This document shows positions 7,692-11,575 of a stretch of 11,575 nt of DNA, piece after piece (positions within the stretch are counted from its first letter, which is position 1; every line of letters begins with the position of its first letter). A program made the translations under genes and the position numbers. The stretch is from assembly GCA_030614005.1 (NCBI GenBank), contig JAUWKS010000089.1, forward strand, positions 1-11,575. Direction: 5' to 3'. The notes beneath the pieces are model-generated. The model saw only the letters and a list, made by a program, of their open reading frames with translations, searched no databases and was not told the origin of the DNA. Source of the DNA: Candidatus Heimdallarchaeota archaeon. GTDB taxonomy: Archaea > Asgardarchaeota > Heimdallarchaeia > JABLTI01.

Positions 7692-7913
7692 CTACACCAG
7701 TTTTTTTCGACAATTAAAACAGAATTCATCTTTGCTAGTATTTGTCGTACTACAGAAAGGGCAAACAACTGCTTCTACTTGAATGAAATTAGAAGGCTTA
7801 AAACCAGACTTTATTTCATCTTCCGTGATATAGGAATAATCAATTTTTTCAGTAAGTTCATCTAATTCCTTTTCCTTTTTTTTCTTTTTCTTCTTGGAAG
7901 AGTTCTTTGGCAT
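7692..7913 (-). CDS. 73-aa basic protein with C-terminal C4 zinc ribbon
   Basis: True start is probably the ATG at 7913: MPKNSSKKKKKKKEKELDELTEKIDY...CPFC-x11-CFNCRKKLV. A TATA box (TTTATA, 7939-7944) lies 26 bp upstream. The longer ORF from 8084 is antisense to the creatininase gene. Confidence 0.75.
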   Translation of the reverse strand: MPKNSSKKKKKKKEKELDELTEKIDYSYITEDEIKSGFKPSNFIQVEAVVCPFCSTTNTSKDEFCFNCRKKLV

Positions 7914-7938
7914 ACAAATGAAAATGAACATTGAACAA

Positions 7939-7951
7939 TATAAACTTCCCG
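7939..7951 (-). promoter_or_regulatory. BRE+TATA promoter of the zinc-ribbon gene
   Basis: The minus strand reads CGGGAAG-TTTATA, 26-31 bp before the ATG at 7913. Confidence 0.55.
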
Positions 7952-7998
7952 AAATTAAAACCACAAACCTTTTTTCATCTGAAGTTCTGAAAAATATA

Positions 7999-8736
7999 AT
8001 GAAATCTGATCTATCAGTTGATATAGAGAAACTTACTTGGATTGAAGCTGAAGAAGCAATAAAAAAACACGATGTAGCTCTCATAGCTTTAGGTGCCAGA
8101 ACAAAGGAACACGGACCTCATCTTCCTCTCAATAATGATTTTATAATGGCTGAATATCTTAAGGATCAAGTATCCAAAAAAGTGCCTGTAATAGTGCTTC
8201 CAACATTACAATATGGTTATTATCCAGCATTTTTAGAATATCCAGGATCTGTATCCCTACAACATGAAACGTTCAAGAATGTCATTATTGACATCTGTAA
8301 TTCGTTTGAAGGTTATGGGATAAAAAAGTTCTATATTCTTAACACTGGAGTTTCCACTCTCCGACCTCTAAAAGATGCAGCAGAAGAGCTAGAGAAAAAG
8401 GAGATTATTCTTCACTATTTTAACATCCTTGAGACAGATAAGAAGTACTCAAAGAATTTGCTCCGACAGGAAGGGGGAACACATGCAGATGAAGGAGAAA
8501 CATCTATCATGTTACACATTGCTCCTGAGAGTGTTAATATGAGAAAAGCTGTAAAAGACTATGATAATCGTCCTAATAGAAAAGGGTTAACACGTGATCC
8601 TGATGGTGAAGGAATCTATAGTACAACTGGAATCTATGGAGATCCAACTTTAGCTACAAAGGAGAAAGGGGAAGAATTGACTAAATCTATAATTGAAGAT
8701 ATCATAGCTCAGATAAAATATTTGAAAACACTCTAA
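7999..8736 (+). CDS. Creatininase (creatinine amidohydrolase/MftE-like) family protein, variant active site
   Basis: Motifs IEKLTWIEAEE, KEHGPHLPLNND, YGYYP...PGS, HADEGETS and GIYGDP. Start set at ATG 7999 (MKSDLSVDIEKLTW, 245 aa), which matches the usual family N-terminus. The 7894 start would overlap the zinc-ribbon gene and its promoter. Confidence 0.92.
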   Translation: MKSDLSVDIEKLTWIEAEEAIKKHDVALIALGARTKEHGPHLPLNNDFIMAEYLKDQVSKKVPVIVLPTLQYGYYPAFLEYPGSVSLQHETFKNVIIDICNSFEGYGIKKFYILNTGVSTLRPLKDAAEELEKKEIILHYFNILETDKKYSKNLLRQEGGTHADEGETSIMLHIAPESVNMRKAVKDYDNRPNRKGLTRDPDGEGIYSTTGIYGDPTLATKEKGEELTKSIIEDIIAQIKYLKTL

Positions 8737-8756
8737 AACAGCTGTTCTAGAACAAA

Positions 8757-8788
8757 TTTTTCTTTTTTTTTGAATTAATTTTCTTCTT
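8757..8788 (+). terminator. Oligo-T terminator of the creatininase gene
   Basis: T5-C-T9 run (8757-8771) followed by further pyrimidine-rich sequence, about 20 nt after the stop. Confidence 0.6.
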
Positions 8789-8803
8789 GCAACGAAAAAA
8801 AAC

Positions 8804-8940
8804 AGCGGCGCGATTATAATTGTATTATCTTACCACACATAATATTATTTACGTGGTAAGATTAATTTCTAAAAAAATTTCCCGTGTTGGCGGAAAAACC
8901 GCTAAATCTCCAAAAGCATTAGTTCTGAAGAAATTGCGTT
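8804..8940 (+). ncRNA. Candidate structured non-coding element (RNA or DNA), unassigned
   Basis: 10-bp perfect stem ATCTTACCAC/GTGGTAAGAT (8827-8836/8853-8862). Hairpin TTGGCGG-AAAAA-CCGCTAA (8887-8905). Possible closing stem GGCGCGATT/AATTGCGTT with G-U pairs (8807-8815/8932-8940). Local GC-rich patches in AT-rich DNA. Not matched to any family I recognise. Confidence 0.3.
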
Positions 8941-8967
8941 TTAGTTACAAATCTATTTTTTTAGAAT

Positions 8968-10137
8968 TCAGCTAAAATATTCTTCCATTCGATCAAAAGC
9001 CTTGTTGATTTCCTCTTCAGGAACACAAAATGACACTCTCAGATGACTTTCACCTGTAGGACCAAAAGCTATTCCAGGAGTTGTGGATACTTTTGCTTGT
9101 CGCAACAATTTTTTACAGAAAGATGCTGAATCTTTTCCTTCTTCAACTATTATTTTAGGAAACATGAGATAAGATCCATTAGGTTTTACATACTGAAAAA
9201 CAGAATCAAGTTCATCAAGCCTATCACACAAAAGATCTCTAGCTGAAAGATAGTGTTTTCTAAATTTTTCTACACAGGTTTGTGGACCTTTTAAAGCAGC
9301 AAGAGCAGCATATTGTGATACAACAGGAGCACAAATTGATAAGGGAATATGAGCTTTAGTGATACTAGGGATTATCTCTTCATCAGCATGTAAATAACCG
9401 ATTCGCCAACCAGTCATTGCATAGGTTTTGGTAAAAGTATAGGTGCTGACAACATTCTTAGACATCTCGGGTATTGAAGCTATACTGAAGTGTTTGCTGT
9501 TATCATAAACAAAATATTCGTAAGCTTCATCCGTTATTACCATCAAATCATTATTTAAAGCTACATCTGCTAATTGCTTAAGTTCTTTCTCTGTAAATGT
9601 CGTACCAGTTGGGTTATTTGGAGAACAGTACATTATTGCTTTTGTTCTAGGAGTTATAGCTTTTTCAATGGCTTCAATATCTAATGCGAATCCTTCCTCT
9701 TCAATTAATGGAACAAGAATAGGTTTTCCAGAAGAAATTACAACTTGTCTAATATGAGTAGAATATGTTGGTGTAGGTAAGATTACTTCATCACCTGGAT
9801 CAATCAAAGCTAGAACAGAACTAGCTAATCCCTCAATAGCTCCAACAGTAACAATAATTTGGGAGGCATTGGTTGAGATGTTATTGTCACGCATAAGTTT
9901 TTTAGCAATTTCTTGCTTCAATTCTGGTAAACCAGAACTAGTAGAATAACCACCAACAAGTCCTTCTTCAATTGCTTTAATTGCTGCTTCTTTAATGTGA
10001 ATCGGTGTATCTGAAGTTGGTTTAGCCCAAGATAAAAAAGCTACATCGTCAATCTCTTTAGACAGTCTAGTCATTTCATGAATTGCGGATTTGGGTATTT
10101 GTTGAACTCTTTTAGAAATATTAGTGTTTTTTTTCAT
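8968..10137 (-). CDS. PLP-dependent aminotransferase class I/II (AspC/AAT-like)
   Basis: 389 aa. Motifs GYSTSSGLPELKQEIA, SPNNPTG, ITDEAY, TFTKTYAMTGWRIG (PLP Lys) and HLRVSF. The N-terminal motif is LSWAKP in place of the usual LxxGEP. Confidence 0.96.
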   Translation of the reverse strand: MKKNTNISKRVQQIPKSAIHEMTRLSKEIDDVAFLSWAKPTSDTPIHIKEAAIKAIEEGLVGGYSTSSGLPELKQEIAKKLMRDNNISTNASQIIVTVGAIEGLASSVLALIDPGDEVILPTPTYSTHIRQVVISSGKPILVPLIEEEGFALDIEAIEKAITPRTKAIMYCSPNNPTGTTFTEKELKQLADVALNNDLMVITDEAYEYFVYDNSKHFSIASIPEMSKNVVSTYTFTKTYAMTGWRIGYLHADEEIIPSITKAHIPLSICAPVVSQYAALAALKGPQTCVEKFRKHYLSARDLLCDRLDELDSVFQYVKPNGSYLMFPKIIVEEGKDSASFCKKLLRQAKVSTTPGIAFGPTGESHLRVSFCVPEEEINKAFDRMEEYFS

Positions 10138-10169
10138 TTTCAGCTCTGGCTATTAGATAAATATATCAA

Positions 10170-10184
10170 ACTTAAAGATTTTGC
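10170..10184 (-). promoter_or_regulatory. BRE+TATA promoter of the aminotransferase gene
   Basis: The minus strand reads GCAAAAT-CTTTAAGT, about 33-40 bp upstream of the ATG at 10137. Confidence 0.5.
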
Positions 10185-10192
10185 AATGGCAT

Positions 10193-10213
10193 CTAAATTA
10201 GTTTCTAATTTAG
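10193..10213. promoter_or_regulatory. Perfect 9-bp inverted repeat, candidate transcription-factor site
   Basis: CTAAATTAG-TTT-CTAATTTAG, 9 bp upstream of the putative BRE. Confidence 0.45.
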
Positions 10214-10356
10214 TTACATACATATTATTAATGAATCAAATAAAATTGTAATTTAGGAATATCAAGATGAAAATGATATGGATTTATAGCAAGTAGCTAT
10301 TCACACTTTGGAAACCTTAGTTCAATTACAACTATATTTTCTTAGAATTTTTCCTT

Positions 10357-10848
10357 CTAGAACCTCTTGATCCTATGAACCCAAGGGCAGAGATACCAGC
10401 AATGAACCCAGATTCTGCTAGAGGGTTATACAAATTCATCAAGAGTAGAATGACAAGTAAGATAAACAATCTTACAGCTGAAATCAGAGGAGAAAAAGAA
10501 TTCTTACATGTGGAGGATAATTTGGCTTACCTTATGCCTACACTATTAGAACTTGATGAAGAACATCAAATGCGTACTGACGAGTATCCATTTAGTTTTG
10601 GGACAATTTATCGTCCAGATGATTACCTCGTTGAGGAACTTGTTGAAGACACCTTATCCTTATCCTACCTAACTGACAATCCAGCTAATGCTAGAAGATT
10701 ACTCAACATCCCTTCAATTAAGAAAGTGTTTGTTAATGACCAATCATTTACTATGGATATAGCTGCACCTCACGAAGGACATAGGTGTGACTTTCTCTAT
10801 GTTTCTAAAGCATCAAATTATGATGGCATAAACAACATTTTGAAATGA
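10357..10848 (+). pseudogene. C-terminal third of an aldehyde-dehydrogenase-fold (GriD/EhpG-like) protein; ORF 10375-10848 intact but 5' domains absent
   Basis: Recalled family motifs P...NPxAE...NPDxAR, LTAExRG, YLMPT, EH...EYPFSF, TL...LTD...RRLL..P.I, and PHEG...DFLY at the C-terminus. Similarity appears to begin in frame before the ATG (LEPLDP, 10357-10374). An in-frame TAG is at 10318-10320. No NAD-binding domain or catalytic Cys is present. Confidence 0.65.
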
Positions 10849-10872
10849 TTTTTTCATTTCTTTTTCCTTTTT
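10849..10872 (+). terminator. Oligo-T terminator
   Basis: TTTTTT-CATTTC-TTTTT-CC-TTTTT immediately after TGA. Confidence 0.6.
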
Positions 10873-11142
10873 AGTTTCTCTTCATCTACAAGTGATTAGT
10901 CAGAAATAATATGAGTGAATTTTGCCTAATATTAAATAAGAATCAAGAATTTCCTCATAATGCCTTTACCAGTTGATGTTTAGATAAATATTGGATTACA
11001 ACCAGAATTATTAGGTGGAAAAGAGATTTCACCTTTTTATGGTGAGAAATGGAAAGTATTTTTATTCTTAATGACAATTGTACATGATTCGAAAATCTCG
11101 TAAGTTCTAAACGAGACAAATAATTCAAAAAAGGTTGATATT

Positions 11143-11575
11143 ATGAAAAAGATAAAAACGAAATTAATTATGGGTTTATGTGTTCTAATTATTGGTTTTT
11201 TAATAAGTGCTTCTTCGCAAAATATGATTAGCATAAAAGCTCTACTAGAGGGAGAATATAATCAATACACCATAGATTCCTTTGATAGATCTGCTTGGGA
11301 ATGGAGTACTACAGAAGTCGTTTCCACTGAAAGTACAACTAATTCTTATTATCCTTCTCTTGCTGTGGATGCTGTAGGGAATGTGCATATAGCATGGGAA
11401 GATTGGATGCTTGGAATGATGGATATTTTCTACAAGCGCTGGGACTCTTCCTCCTCCTCCTGGTTCACGACAGAAGTGGTTTCCACAGAAAGTACAGATA
11501 TTTCTACAAACCCTTCGCTTGCTGTGGATCCTTTAGGGAATGTGCATATAGCGTGGGAAGATTGGACTAATTATA
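11143..11575 (+). CDS. Secreted beta-propeller-type repeat protein (TEVVSTES repeats), 3'-truncated by the window edge
   Basis: Hand translation: MKKIKTKLIMGLCVLIIGFLISASSQ (Sec-type signal peptide)...WEWSTTEVVSTESTTNSYYPSLAVDAVGNVHIAWEDWMLGMMDIFYKRWDSSSSSWFTTEVVSTESTDISTNPSLAVDPLGNVHIAWEDWTNY. Open to the end of the window, so absent from the ORF track. Confidence 0.88.
   Translation, partial: MKKIKTKLIMGLCVLIIGFLISASSQNMISIKALLEGEYNQYTIDSFDRSAWEWSTTEVVSTESTTNSYYPSLAVDAVGNVHIAWEDWMLGMMDIFYKRWDSSSSSWFTTEVVSTESTDISTNPSLAVDPLGNVHIAWEDWTNY
11302..11565 (+). repeat. Intragenic tandem repeat, 159-nt (53-aa) period
   Basis: Copies 11302-11406 and 11461-11565 differ at 18 of 105 nt and 7 of 35 aa by hand count. 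Confidence 0.9.

Noticed and set aside
7894-8084. Long overlapping versions of the zinc-ribbon ORF (from 8084) and creatininase ORF (from 7894)
   Set aside because: Choosing starts 7913 and 7999 removes the overlap, leaves an 85-bp divergent promoter gap with a TATA box, and matches the family N-terminus.
8744-8753. TTCnnGAA heat-shock-element-like words (also 187-194 and 10355-10362)
   Set aside because: A single 6-bp-specified dyad is expected by chance in AT-rich DNA, and there is no third repeat unit or consistent promoter position.
8787-8892. Integron attC-like site (TGCAAC ... GTTGGCG)
   Set aside because: Only CAAC/GTTG are complementary, there are no matching L boxes, the flanking genes are convergent, and no integrase is present.
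8804-8970. SECIS element with UGA readthrough of the aminotransferase stop, or a C/D-box sRNA
   Set aside because: Readthrough would add only U-I-L-K-K with no selenoprotein motif. No SECIS core is recognisable. A CTGA is present (8925-8928) but there is no box C (RUGAUGA).
11037-11234. Minus-strand 65-aa ORF
   Set aside because: It is antisense to the signal-peptide region of the repeat protein, which is the far better-supported frame.
11302-11565. Diversity-generating retroelement TR/VR pair or CRISPR repeats
   Set aside because: Mismatches are not restricted to adenines of either copy (e.g. C/G, T/G, G/C, G/T changes), both copies are in frame in one gene, no reverse transcriptase is present in the window, and the period and length do not fit CRISPR.

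Overview
AT-rich prokaryotic window with archaeal expression signals: BRE+TATA-like boxes about 22-40 bp upstream of most starts, several apparently leaderless genes, and oligo-T terminators. The C-terminal repeat protein suggests an Asgard (Heimdallarchaeia-like) origin; this is inference from recalled family knowledge. Left to right: (1) the 5' half of an RHH/VapB-like antitoxin gene missed by the ORF track; (2) a translationally coupled heterodimeric ABC exporter pair with one degenerate ATPase site; (3) a 4-TM membrane protein; (4) a binuclear amidohydrolase; (5) a DinB/ClbS-like helical protein; (6) a second small membrane protein; (7) a membrane-anchored class I SAM methyltransferase; (8) a 73-aa poly-Lys zinc-ribbon protein hidden in a longer shadow ORF; (9) a creatininase-family enzyme whose metal-1 ligands are replaced; (10) a ~230-bp convergent intergenic region with a candidate structured RNA/DNA element; (11) a class I/II PLP aminotransferase; (12) an orphan C-terminal third of an ALDH-like (GriD/EhpG-type) protein; (13) the start of a secreted 53-aa-repeat beta-propeller protein, also missed by the ORF track. 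No rRNA, tRNA, CRISPR array, integrase or transposase was seen. I cannot support a complete novel multi-gene system. The best leads are the structured intergenic element, the ALDH remnant, the variant creatininase active site and the repeat protein.
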